The translations under genes were made by a program, and so were the position numbers. 64,000 nucleotides of DNA from Lophium mytilinum (Eukaryota): the NCBI GenBank assembly GCA_010093605.1, contig MU004194.1, positions 844,323 to 908,322 of the forward strand, written 5' to 3'. The notes under the pieces are model-generated. The model worked only from the letters and a program-made list of their open reading frames with translations. It searched no databases and was not told the DNA's origin. Positions within the stretch are counted from its first letter, which is position 1; every line of letters starts with the position of its first letter. This document shows positions 13,177-24,914 of this stretch, piece after piece.

Positions 13177-14814
13177 ATGTGGTTCCTAAATTGGTGTACG
13201 TGGTTTTGGATTACTCGTTGCGAGTCAGATACTTCCAGCCTCTCTATACTCCATCCATTCCGTGCAATACAAAACCCCCATCCCATGCTCCTCTAGCCTC
13301 CTACACGGCTAGAGATGATCCTCTGAACGCTTCAAGTACCTAGCTTATTATTTTGTGGTTCTAGTCTGGGATGCGCTCGCTAGTCTTGGGCTGTGGAACC
13401 GACACGCCGTACGTTCACATCATCTACTCCACGCCAGACAATGTTTCAACGCATCCACACTCTAATGTTACCCCTTTGGGGTGTTTGACTTTTGGGGTGG
13501 AGTTGCAAGATGAATCTCATGCTGATGGAAGGTTTGTGCTTAGAAAATCTTGTTCCTGGGCCTTGATAATGCCGGGAAGACGACTCTCTTCTATATGCTA
13601 AAGGTAAAGCTAACTATCACGACTTATTAAAGCCTAACAAGTCTCGTAGAGTCTATATCCAAGCTAACACCCGGTAGACTGATCGCCTGTACGTGTCCTT
13701 TCAACCTAACAAAGCCCCACTACATCTGCACACCTTGAAGGAGACACATATTCGTCTCACCATTTCGAACCCACTGCATCCTTTGGAATTGATAGGGTGT
13801 TTCATCGAATCCCATGCTAATCTACGACCCCTACGCCACAGCGCGGTCCACCAACCCACCTCCCAGCCCAGTAAGCCCATCCGCCGCATCTCCCCCAAGC
13901 GCTCACCAACCCATCCAGACAGCGAGGAACTCCGCATCGGAAACTGTGTCTTCAAAGCCTTCGACCTTGGAGGTACGCTCCCTTCCCCTCCTTCAAGTCC
14001 TTCTCCACATCACTCAAAATTACCACAGGCCACACCCAGGCGCGGCGGATCTGGAAATACGTAAGACGCCACATCCTCTGGTCCCCAAAACAGGCTGTTC
14101 ATACTGCTAATTCAAATTGAAATGCAGTACTTCCCCGAAGTCTCCGGTAAGCCACGCCCCCCGACCCTATTCCTTCCTTTGCTTTGCTTCAGAAAATGCT
14201 GTATTTCGGTACGGGTCCAACCTTGGTACGGACAGGCATCGTCTTCCTCGTCGACGCCGTCGACCGCGCGCGCTTCGGGGAGAGCAGGGAGGCGCTCGAA
14301 AGCCGTACGTTCTCCTCTCCCATCCATGAAATCCATGAAATCCATGAAATGCATTTCCCACTGACTAGCCTAAGTCCTGACTGCGGAGGAGCTGTCACAC
14401 ATCCCGATTCTAGTCCTGGGGAATAAGATCGATGGTATGCTACTTTCGCCTTCCAGCGATACTTGGAGGAGGTAGCTTACACAGGGCAGTGCCGGGCGCG
14501 GTATCTGAGCCCCAGCTTGTGAGTTTTTGTATTCTATGATTAGCGGCGGGTGTTGATAGCGAACAGCGCGATGAGCTCAAGCTGTCGTATACAACGGGCA
14601 AAGCGGGATTTCCGCTTGCTGGGTCGAGGCCGATTGAGATGTTCAGTAAGTGCCAGACGAAGACAAGGGGAGTGAGAAGCTATCATGTTGACTTGTGGTA
14701 GTGTGCAGTATCGTCCTCCGCCAGGGCTTCGGGGAAGGGATCAGGTGGCTGTAAGTTCATCTATCATGATCGACTGTAGGCGTGCTCACCAATCTTAGAT
14801 CGCAGTATGTGTGA
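13177..14814 (+). CDS. sar1: Sar1-family small GTPase (COPII), 189 aa, 14 exons: 13177-13195, 13365-13408, 13544-13603, 13678-13688, 13842-13870, 13919-13972, 14029-14060, 14128-14146, 14236-14304, 14375-14434, 14490-14518, 14567-14645, 14702-14750, 14799-14814
   Basis: Spliced exons total 570 nt: [189 protein letters not shown]. G1 (GLDNAGKTT), G3 (DLGGH) and G4 (NKID) are intact; all 13 introns are GT-AG. Confidence 0.92.
14323..14350 (+). repeat. 9-nt tandem repeat (TCCATGAAA)x3 inside intron 9 of the Sar1-like gene
   Basis: tccatgaaa tccatgaaa tccatgaaa t read directly. Confidence 0.9.
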
Positions 14815-17800
14815 GTGGTAGCTTTTGGGATGCTAAAAGCTGTTGGGATTGTTTTGAGAAGAAGTAAGAAGGGGTGCATACTGCGGATCTGATCGAGAGT
14901 GAGGTGAGAGAATTCGCAAATGGCATAATCAGTTCAAATCCTACATAAAACTAGTTTATCACAGTTGAGATTCGCTTGCCCCGCAGCCCTTTTCTCCACA
15001 CTTTCCTATTTCGGCCTCTCCTGAAGCCTCCGACCTCAAAACCGTGGAAGCCAGAGCGTGCCGCAGTCGCGAACGAATTTAATTCATGCAAATTCAACAA
15101 CACTCTTAATGGCTACTTTGATCCGGCAGATCGACTGAAGAAAGGTATGCGAAACTTTTTACCGTGGCGGATTTGTCAATTTCGTGTTTGGTGGAGAGCT
15201 GTACTTGAAGTGGGGGAAAAGACGTGCTGGCAGCTGGAATAGAGATTCGGGCCGGATTGGGCAATCTTGCAGGCTGAGCATACGATCATAGCCAAGAAGA
15301 GTAACGTTCAAAGTCTTTCACTGTCCTGGATCCGCTAGATGCGGGTGTCTGTGGGCGAAGATTGTCACAGGGGACAAAAGAGGCATCTAAGTTGCGGAGC
15401 GACGGAGCGACGGAGGGCCGAGTCCACGCTATCTGGGCTCCTTCCGCAGCCTCCTCAAAGTTTGCGCTCTAAGCCCATGGAAAGCACTGCCTAGGACTTA
15501 CGTGTTGTATCGCGCTGCTGGCAGCCATTCTGCGCTCCTATCTGGGACGCCAAGACATGCCCAGCGTGCACTTGATACACGACCTGACGAGAGCGCAACG
15601 ACACGCAAGCAAAACACGAATCCGTCGATCGGCAGATCCAGGAGAGAGACCACAGCGTGACAGGAAGGTGAGACAATGCACTGCCTCATCGTCGCCAAGA
15701 ATCTAGTATAACACCGCGGTGGGGAAAGCGGACTCACAATCGCTGGTGTCCAAGAGATGTGTTGTTGATGCCCATTTTGCCAAGTCGATAACTCACATGC
15801 TGCAGATGCATCTCACAATTACGGCACTACCCGTGGCCGATTCGAACAATGCTCACGCAAGATTCGTCGTCAGATCAACGGAATGCCTTGGCGATATCTT
15901 GGCTCCGTTGCACCCGTGCTTCCTGAGCCCCTTGGCCTTAAGGGGGTCTCTTGGTCTGTAGCACAAGGAAACGGTGTTGCAGACGCACGGCAGATTGCCA
16001 AACGTCTTGGCTCGACCACATGTCTTTCTTTCAACGTCTGCAGTTGGTTCCTGGTGGTTTGATGGCATCCGATGCGGCGAAAGACCGAGCGGAACCTGCA
16101 ACGGTACCGGAGCGTGCCGTGTCGCCGTTATGTTGGTGAACAGTGGAAGGCAAGCGCCAAGATGGAGATGTCAGGAAAGGAGTTGAGGCGTGCTTTGTGA
16201 TATGGTTTTCGGAGTCCGAAAGCATAATATATGCCAAGAACGAGGAATGAGATCTGGCGGCTTCAACAGGCTATTTACGGACACAGGTCCTGCCGATGAA
16301 GCCGTGTAACACTGATCAGCTCGATAAGATTGAAACGGTAATTGAATTGATAACTAGATATCTATACAAACTAGATGGCGACCTCACTACACTACCTACC
16401 TTGTTCCCTAAGCATTTGCTGCGTAGACCCTGACTTGGCAGCCGGAAGAGCCGTCAGGACCGTTCCGTCTTCCGTAGTTGGGTCGGTTTATCTGGTACGC
16501 CACGCTCATCGACGTCACTATGGCAGGATACCAATAGGGTCAAGGGGGTCGGGCAGATCTCGGAGGTACCTACTGTAGCTACCACTTCACCGACAGATGG
16601 AACCTTGGAACAACACATGATGGCCTCGTGCGAGCAGGTGCCGAGTGCTTATTCCCGGCGTATTCTCTGTCACGACGTCTGCTCTATCACGACTTCTGCG
16701 TTAGGCCCCTGGTGCGGAATACGGCGCGCCGCGGAAGAACAACAAGACAATGGGAGGCGAATCAGGCCATCCGCGCACGTCGAGAAAGAATGCGAGTGTG
16801 TAAGAGGCCCGGAATAAAGGGTCCTCCAAAAAACCAAACATTTGGCGGGGCAGTCGTGCGATGGAGAGAGTTCCCCGCACTTGCAAGGAGTGGCCCTCGA
16901 TTTGCCGGTTGCGGCGCTTCAGAGATTGGGGCGCTGGGGTCGCTCAGCGCGCCGGGAGAGGTTGAAGCAGCCCCTGGCACTTGGGTGAAGCATGAATCGC
17001 GCACATGCGGAGGGACGGATAGGGACGAAACAACAGCCAGGGCAATGGTAGGATGGAAATGGCGGGCGGCAGCGATGGTGTCGAGGATGGCGCCTTCGTG
17101 TTGCTGTCAGATGACAGCGTCTGTAGAGGGGCCCAGACGGGCTCGCATCTGTCGTGAGCGATATAATGAGCGGTGTGAGGTGGAGGGGGAAGGGCGACGC
17201 GAAGCTCCACCTCTACAGCTCTGGCATTCTGAACATACAGAAGAGCAAACATTTGAGAGATGAGGGACTCGGGAGGTCAGCGATTGCTCGGCAGCTGGTG
17301 AGACACACATATGGCCCATCGCTGCCGCAAATCGCCATGGTCTTCATGCAATAGAGGCTTGAGTGCGGCGACGCGCAGCTGGCGCGCATATATCAAAAAG
17401 CGCAGCGGTGGCAGGCGTGGTGTGGACCGGCGTCAACTTGCCCCATCTGGAGGCGGGCTGAAGTGGTTGGCCTCGCTTTGTTATCGTTGCAGCAGCGGCA
17501 TGCAGACGGCCTGGCTTTCATTCGATGCGCTCGAGCTGGCGTTGCAGCGGTCGGAGGGAGACGGGCATCACCACGGGCGCGTGCCTCGGGAGCTGCTTCA
17601 TGCTCTGCCAGGGCCTGTACTGTACTGCAGCACAGTAGTGCCGCTCAGCACGTCTATCAAGGTTTCCAAATCGTCTATCAGGGTCCTGACGGATTCCCAG
17701 GCGTCCGGGGCTGTGGACAAGCCCTAGCAAGAGTGACGTGAGGAGGTTGAAGCAGGATTGTGGGATTCCAGTTTGGTACCGGCAGTGCAGCCGGGTGCAC

Positions 17801-18919
17801 AGTCAGCAGCAGCGGCGTACCGAATAGCCCAGAAAAGGACGGGCGGGTGCTGACCAAACGGGGGGCGAGCAATGCCCGAGTTTTGCTTGGAGAGCGAGTT
17901 CTGGTGAAAGGAATGTGTGCTGCGCATCAAAGAGCGATGGATGACAATAACAGCGTCAAGCTGTGGTCAGCTGGTGGTGCCGTCTAGAACAAACCTTGGT
18001 GCCCAGCAGTGCCCAGCGCCTCTGCCCTACTTATCGCCGTATTGCCTCTGTGCGCGGTCGATGCTCATCTGCGGTGTGCACATCCCGAAAATTACTGAGG
18101 CCACGCGCGCTGAAGGCTGCATTACTGGCTCGGCTTACCCGCCGGCGGACGTCTCCCAAAGCTTGCAGTGCCCAGCGAACCTCGTTTCGGTGACAATTAT
18201 TACAAAGGGCCCACCCACCGCCGCCGAGCACGCACCGTCCATCGCCCACAGTCAGTGCCAAAATCTCTGTCTCCCACACCAACAACACACTCTGCTCTGA
18301 GCCCTCGCCGTCGTGCGTGTCGCGCGCAGCAAGATCGCCAGCCTCTCCCCCGTCCGTCCACTCGCGAGCCATCTCTTGCGCGTCCCCGTCGAGGTGTGTC
18401 GTGCAGCCAAGGCCTTGCCACTCGTCCGTAGCGCATCACCATCATCCATAGCCGCAGTCCGCAAGGTACTTCCTTTCCACCCATTGCTCTGCACGCCAGG
18501 ATCCCGACTGAACTCCACTGCAGCGCATCCTCGAATGCCGTTTCAGCAACGCTCCTAATCCTCCGCCATGTTCCTGACGATATTATAACACGTCGGTCCC
18601 TAGGGACACTCCTCCGCCCACACAACGACGCCGCATACTCACCCGTCCACCGCAATCCTACTCCCTCCTTCGACCTTCCAGTTCACTGCCACTCCCAGGA
18701 CACGCGCAGCAACTGGTCACACTAGGAATCCTCTAACTCCTACTATTCTGCGGAGGCCACACCGCGTCTTCCTCACCCCTCCCGAAGCTATTCCACTTGA
18801 CTACATCTCTACCACTCGTATTGCGCCTACCCTGTCACCGCACATTCACTTTGTAGAAGACTGCTAGAGTCCTCTCAAGATCTTCTACTTCCACCATTTC
18901 ACGTAAAAGCGACCACGCA

Positions 18920-21208
18920 ATGGCACTCCACCAGGACCACCGTGGGCCACACGGCGTGCAAGAGAACCGCGCCCTCCAGAACCTGCCGACGACAATGGCC
19001 TCTACTTCTTCCGACGAGGAGATTCTAGCCGACGCCGACGAACCTCCCGACTTACAAAAGACCCCTCGTCCCTTTGCGTCGAGAATCCCTACGAGCACCT
19101 TCTCGAAAACGACACCTCCGCCTAACCAGCGCAAAGAGTCACTCTTAACAAGTGCCTTAACCTCCGCACAATCACCCGTTACGGACGATGCCCCAGAAAC
19201 CATTCTATCACGAGGATTGTCGTCCGCTTCGACGTGGAGTGACCGGAGCACTGCATCAACCGCAGAGCTCACAAGCGACGGAGGTTGCACTAGTCCCGGA
19301 ACAAGGACAAGCACGCCAAGTCCTCCACTCCCCTCGGGCTCTTTCCACAGGATGGGTCCAGTCTTCAAACAGAAACCATTCGACCATCATGTCTCCATCG
19401 TTCGCCACGACGAAGAGCACATCGGGCCACTTCAGAAACCTACACCCGCCTTGACCGAGAACGTCGTGGAAGCAAATCTGGGTCGCAAACGCTGCATCAC
19501 CTTTGCTTGTGGGCGGAAGGATTCTCCAAAGGCGCAACCGCCTCCAGCACCCGTGCAGGCAGCGCCAGAAGCTCCCAAGCGAGTATGCACCATCAAATTT
19601 GCATGCCCTTCCAAAGTTTTTACACAAGCTCCCACGAGCAGCCCGAAGCCTCGTGCTCGGCATGTGAGTCCGGCTCCGATGCCCCGTAGACTCAAGGAAT
19701 CACCCAAGACATCGTCCCCAAAATCACACCGCGACTCTGACTCGACCGTCCGAAATGAATCACCCCGGAGTCTTCGCAAACCCTCTCTGGCCTCAAGGCA
19801 GCGTAAGCTAAGCCTCAACTCAGATCTTGCAAGGTCTGAGGCTTTCCGTTTTCACGAATTTGCCAGCTCCGAGGACGAGGCGGATGAATGGACTCAGGAG
19901 TCTACTTGCCATCGGACTCGTCTCACAGTGACTGACACCCTGAAAGTCGAAAACACTCTCCGACAACTTGGCGAGGAGATTGAAGAGGAAGTGATGGAGG
20001 ACGAAGACGAGGAGGATCTTCAAGAAGACGAAGATGGAGATAACGATGATGATGATGAAGAGGAAGAGGCTAGCTACGACTCTGTATCTGACGACGGATT
20101 TCACTCAGATGATGAAAAGGGATACGGGTCAGGTGAAGAGAGCGATACTGGATCTGACTATCGTTGGTGGGCTCCTGGACAATCGACTGCAGCCACTTCG
20201 ATGGACCATATTGAGCACATCCGGCCAGTGGGACACAGGACCGTTTCAGAGTCTTCGATCGGGTCACTTGACAGCGCTTCGAGCTCTGGGAGAAAGGCTA
20301 AAGTATCCAAGCCACCAAAGCGGAGGAAATCATCCCACCCGCTCGCCATCCGAGCACCAAGTCCAGAACTGCCCGATAGCACCGACTTCGTTTGCGGAAC
20401 CCTTGACGAGGACCGGCCCTTAGAGGATGCCTACATGTCGTGTCTTGAACGGCGCCGCGCAGCAAAGCACAAAGCTTGCCCTCAGGATATCGATCCAACC
20501 TTCCCGCAATCCGATCCGGAGATGGAAGAGGAGGACGAAAACGAAGAGCTAGAAGAAGCCGAAGATGAGAGCGACCAGCATCTCATGGTGCACGGTCAGA
20601 TGGACGCAGAGGAAGAGAACGAGCTTCGTGGCCGTCGCAAAGGACAGCCTAAGAGACGATCTCCGGCACAATCACCAAAACGCCTCCGGTCACCGCCACC
20701 CATGAAACGATGCAGGTCCCCGCCTCCTCGTAAGCTCTTCGTTCACTCTCCCAAGCGTCTTCGGTCTCCTCCTGCGCCAATGCGCCTCCGGTCCCCTCCA
20801 CCTACCCGGCGTACATCTCTCATCACATCACCAAACCGCATGGCGGTCCGATTCGCTGGACTCGCCGAAAGACCTCCTATTACCGAATCCTCTTCTCTCC
20901 CGCGAACGCCCGTCACTGCCAATCCTCCTGAGCTCTATGAAGATGACGAGGACAACACCAATGAGTTCCCTACTCGTGGTGCGATAGATATCAAGCTTGG
21001 CCTCGAGCGCAAGCGACTCCGACGTAGGGAAAAGCTGTATCAAAAGCTGCATCGCAAAACTATCAAGGAGAAGGAGAAACGCCCAGCGCCTGGAAGGGGT
21101 GCCGAGAGAATGCGCGAGATGGGCATGGGCCTTGCAGCAAAGGGACGCAAGAATAGCTTCCCTGCCCGGCCACAGGCTGATGGCGACGTACACATGTTAT
21201 CAGTGTAG
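18920..21208 (+). CDS. Conserved fungal disordered, acidic/Ser-Pro-rich protein, probably DUF2457-like; intronless, 762 aa
   Basis: Long single ORF with an acidic tract, RSPPP repeats and a conserved-looking block PSPELPDSTDFVCGTLDEDRPLEDAY...PQDIDPTFP. Family name is from memory. Confidence 0.8.
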   Translation: MALHQDHRGPHGVQENRALQNLPTTMASTSSDEEILADADEPPDLQKTPRPFASRIPTSTFSKTTPPPNQRKESLLTSALTSAQSPVTDDAPETILSRGLSSASTWSDRSTASTAELTSDGGCTSPGTRTSTPSPPLPSGSFHRMGPVFKQKPFDHHVSIVRHDEEHIGPLQKPTPALTENVVEANLGRKRCITFACGRKDSPKAQPPPAPVQAAPEAPKRVCTIKFACPSKVFTQAPTSSPKPRARHVSPAPMPRRLKESPKTSSPKSHRDSDSTVRNESPRSLRKPSLASRQRKLSLNSDLARSEAFRFHEFASSEDEADEWTQESTCHRTRLTVTDTLKVENTLRQLGEEIEEEVMEDEDEEDLQEDEDGDNDDDDEEEEASYDSVSDDGFHSDDEKGYGSGEESDTGSDYRWWAPGQSTAATSMDHIEHIRPVGHRTVSESSIGSLDSASSSGRKAKVSKPPKRRKSSHPLAIRAPSPELPDSTDFVCGTLDEDRPLEDAYMSCLERRRAAKHKACPQDIDPTFPQSDPEMEEEDENEELEEAEDESDQHLMVHGQMDAEEENELRGRRKGQPKRRSPAQSPKRLRSPPPMKRCRSPPPRKLFVHSPKRLRSPPAPMRLRSPPPTRRTSLITSPNRMAVRFAGLAERPPITESSSLPRTPVTANPPELYEDDEDNTNEFPTRGAIDIKLGLERKRLRRREKLYQKLHRKTIKEKEKRPAPGRGAERMREMGMGLAAKGRKNSFPARPQADGDVHMLSV

Positions 21209-22500
21209 AGGCAGGCAGAGGGTTGCGAGAGAATACAGCGCCGCTGACTGGGGAGCATGATGAAGTCAGCACCTTCTTACAAGTCCTCGGCTCATTCCCA
21301 GAAAGAGACCAACAAAGGGCTTGGTGGTCGCTGTTCTCGAGAGCTTTCATTTGTTGCTTCACCTCCTTCTATTCTATTGTATATCTTTTCCACATCTATT
21401 CAATTGCCTACTGAGCACCCCTTTCACACCAAAACCCTAGCTTTTAGTACAATTTCTTTTGTTCTAGCGATTTTTTTTAGCGTCAGGCCGTGCTGTGGGT
21501 CTTCTATCATCGCATTTGCATCTGCATTCCCTCACTTGTCAGAGGTCGAGGCTGGACGGTGGGACGGTTGGGTGTTCTGCTTCTTATTCTTCGTACCCAG
21601 GTGGCAATTAGGAAGGGCGGGAATCTATCATGAATCTATCTCAGGCTGACACTTGCATATGGGTGTGTCTTGTGCGTACATATGGGATCGGATGGGTGGT
21701 AGTCTGATATGCTGGGTCTGGTTCTGGTACCTAATAGGTAGTGAATGAATCTCATCTGGACGACATCGTCAGTTGTCGTCTTTATCCTGATATCGTGCGC
21801 AAATTGTCCTTCTACTCAATCTTATGTTAGTTTGCCTTCATCCTCGCAAGTTCATGTACCACGCTCATGCCATGTAGTGCAGCGCCGCCACGCAATCTCG
21901 CAACGAACTTGAACGTCATGAACGGCAAGTAAATTGTCGAAAACAGGTAAATGCAAAGAAAACATTCACCCACACCACGATCCGAACTAGGACCCCCGAG
22001 GAGCAAAAGAAATTGGTCGCATTGCGATGTACGGTTTGGAATAGCGTGAGCCTTAACCCACCGCGGAATTGCTTGTGATGGTTGGGTGAGCTATGTCAAA
22101 ACCCGGTACTATGTCAGCGCCCGGTACCCAATGTCTTTGGAGTACGTCCAGAATATTATGATTTATATACCCTTAAAATTGTCATGCGCTTTTCTCTTCT
22201 AGGGATGGGGTACAACATCATTCGCGTGGGCTCCCAGTCAGTCGAGGGGTTTGGCTTATACACGGAAAGACTGTCGCCTGACTCTTCTTTCTACTTTGCA
22301 TCCACACCGCTCACAGGAGTAGAAGGCGTACGCGTTATTTGTGGAAAGATGGAACCTTGCCATCAAATCGATTCGATTAGGGTGTTTAAAAGCGACATGT
22401 TTCAAGGATGAGCCGGACTCGAAGATTAGTTTGGCCAAAGCGTCTACACCCTGACGATGATCACAACGTCAAACAAAATCCCACGTATAGGCTCACTCGC

Positions 22501-22517
22501 CGGGACACTATTCTCCG
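22501..22517. promoter_or_regulatory. CGG-N11-CCG Zn2Cys6-type site upstream of rhgA
   Basis: cgg gacactattct ccg, about 330 bp upstream of the ATG. Confidence 0.4.
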
Positions 22518-22844
22518 AATCGGCATTGTGCCGTGATTGACAGAAGACCACGCCTGAGTCGTCTGGACCACTCCGGCGCCGCGTCTAGGACCTTGAAACC
22601 GCCAACCATACACGAGATACACTGGAAAGTAAGCCGAACACGCCGCCGAGATGAATAGGATGGGAATCTCACGCCGCGTCTCCGCTTTCTCTATCAATGT
22701 GCAAGCGAGGGGGTGGCCTATATTTCGTGGTGTGAAGGTTTAGATGTAAGGGTACTTTCTATAATACAGTTGCTTGCGACTCAATTCTCTCGTAGCTCTA
22801 CTTCTACTTTCCTTAGCAATACTAGTGTGTTTCATTCTTTCAAC

Positions 22845-24339
22845 ATGCATCTAAATTCTTGCCTTGTGGCTCTTTCTATCCTGCCTGCCCTGGTGGTGGG
22901 CCAGTTATCAGGCTCCGTTGGGCCTCTGACTTCGCACGCAACCAAGACAGCAAAGAAAACATGCAACGTCCTCAACTACGGCGCCGTGGCCGACAAGACA
23001 ACCGACCTCGGACCCCCTCTCGCCTCCGCATGGGCTGCCTGCAAGACTGGCGGCACCGTCGTTATCCCATCCGGCGACTACGCCCTCTCGACGTGGGTAA
23101 CGCTGAACGGCGGCTCAGCATGGGCGCTACAGCTCGACGGAATCATATACCGCACCGGCACCGCAGATGGCAACATGATTTTTATCAGGAATACGGACGA
23201 CTTTGAGCTTTTCAGCAGCACTTCCAAGGGGGCTGTACAGGGATACGGGTACGAGTTCCATAAGGATAAGCTTTATGGGGCTCGCATCTTGCGATTGTAC
23301 AAAGTTACGAACTTCTCGGTTCATGATATTTCGCTTGTCGATGCGCCTGCGTTCCATTTCTCCCTGGATACGTGTACGAATGGGGAGGTGTATAACATGG
23401 CTATTCGAGGAGGGAATGAGGGTGGCCTTGATGGCATCGATGTTTGGAGCAACAATATCTGGATTCATGATGTCTGAAGCCTTCCTGTGACATTCTTTCG
23501 GAATTTCTGCTAATGGTTTCTAGGTGATGGTAACCAACAAGGACGAGTGTGTGACTGTCAAGGTAAGTTTCTCTATACACCTCTCCACCTACGACACTAA
23601 CGCCGCTCAGAGTCCCTCAAAAAACATCCTTATTGAAAACGTCTACTGTAACTGGAGTGGGGGTTGTGCATTGGGCTCGCTCGGTGCTGACACTGATATC
23701 TCCGACGTCACCTACAAGAACGTCTACACGTGGTCCAGCAACCAAATGATGATGATCAAAAGCAACGGCGGAAGCGGGAGCGTTTCCAACGTAGTCTTCG
23801 AGAACTTCATCGGCCATGGCAACGCCTACTCGCTAGACATTGATCAATACTGGACCAGCATGGCCGCTGTTGCCGGAGATGGCGTCCAGCTTTCCGATAT
23901 CACGTTCAAGGTTCGTGCAGTCTCCCACTATAACCTCCAAGTCAACCCTACCTAACTCAACAACCAACCACAGAACTGGAAAGGAACTTGCACGTCCGGC
24001 ACATCGCGAGGCCCCATCAAAGTCATCTGCGCCGACGGCGCCCCCTGCAGCGGCGTCACCATCAGCGACTTTGCCATGTGGACCGAGTCCGGCTCTAAGG
24101 AATGGTACTCCTGCCGCAGCGCATTCGGTTCTGGAGGCTGCATACGGTCCGGCTCCTCGCACACTTCGTACTCGGTCAGCACGACGACGGTCAGCGCGGC
24201 GCCGAGCGGGTACTCGGTCGCGTCCATGAAGGAGAATCTCCAGACGGCGTTTGGGACCACGGCGAGCATCCCGATTCCTACGATCCCAACGAGTTTTTAT
24301 CCGGGCGCGACGCCGTATAGTAAACTAGCGGGAGCTTGA
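22845..24339 (+). CDS. rhgA: Secreted rhamnogalacturonase A (GH28); exons 22845-23471, 23524-23562, 23611-23910, 23974-24339
   Basis: Signal peptide followed by [11 protein letters not shown]...[44 protein letters not shown] and C-terminal [13 protein letters not shown], all typical of RhgA. Three GT-AG introns restore the frame. Confidence 0.93.
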
Positions 24340-24914
24340 GGAGAGAAGAGCGCGGTGGGGCTTGATTCTTGTGGATACTTCCTTCTTGTTTTGCTTGGAG
24401 ATGGTTACGCTCATTGACCTTTACTTTCTGTAAATATTTTAGTGTCGCTGATGCTATCTCGTATATATGCTTTTGGTTTGATGGCCAATGAACATACACA
24501 TTGTACATCACAGTGTTGATTGGGCAGTGCTGCGAGCCTGATTGCGCAGTGCTGTGAGCTAGTAGACTGACATATATAGAAGGAGTGAATGTAAAATGCC
24601 TGCCAAATGATCGCTTGTCGTTATAATGAAGCAATTCGTCCTAAGTCTAGAAGACTCATAATGTCACTGGAAGGCATGCACTTTCTTGTACATTGCAATT
24701 CAGACCAGTCTTCGAAAGCTCTTGAACGAACTGTTGGTTAATTAAGCCACTCTATATGTGGAGTGGAGAATAGGGCCCAGACCTTATTTGGATTAGCGGC
24801 TAGGTATTCGCCTGGCTCTTCGATACACCTTGAAGTTGCATCATCTTTGACAAGACACACAAAACCCCATTTCCCCCCTGGTCTTAACGAAGCTTGTGTC
24901 AAAATCAGCGGCGA

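Noticed and set aside
13693..14426. Sar1 fragments as a pseudogene
   Set aside because: All fragments join by canonical introns into an intact 189-aa protein.
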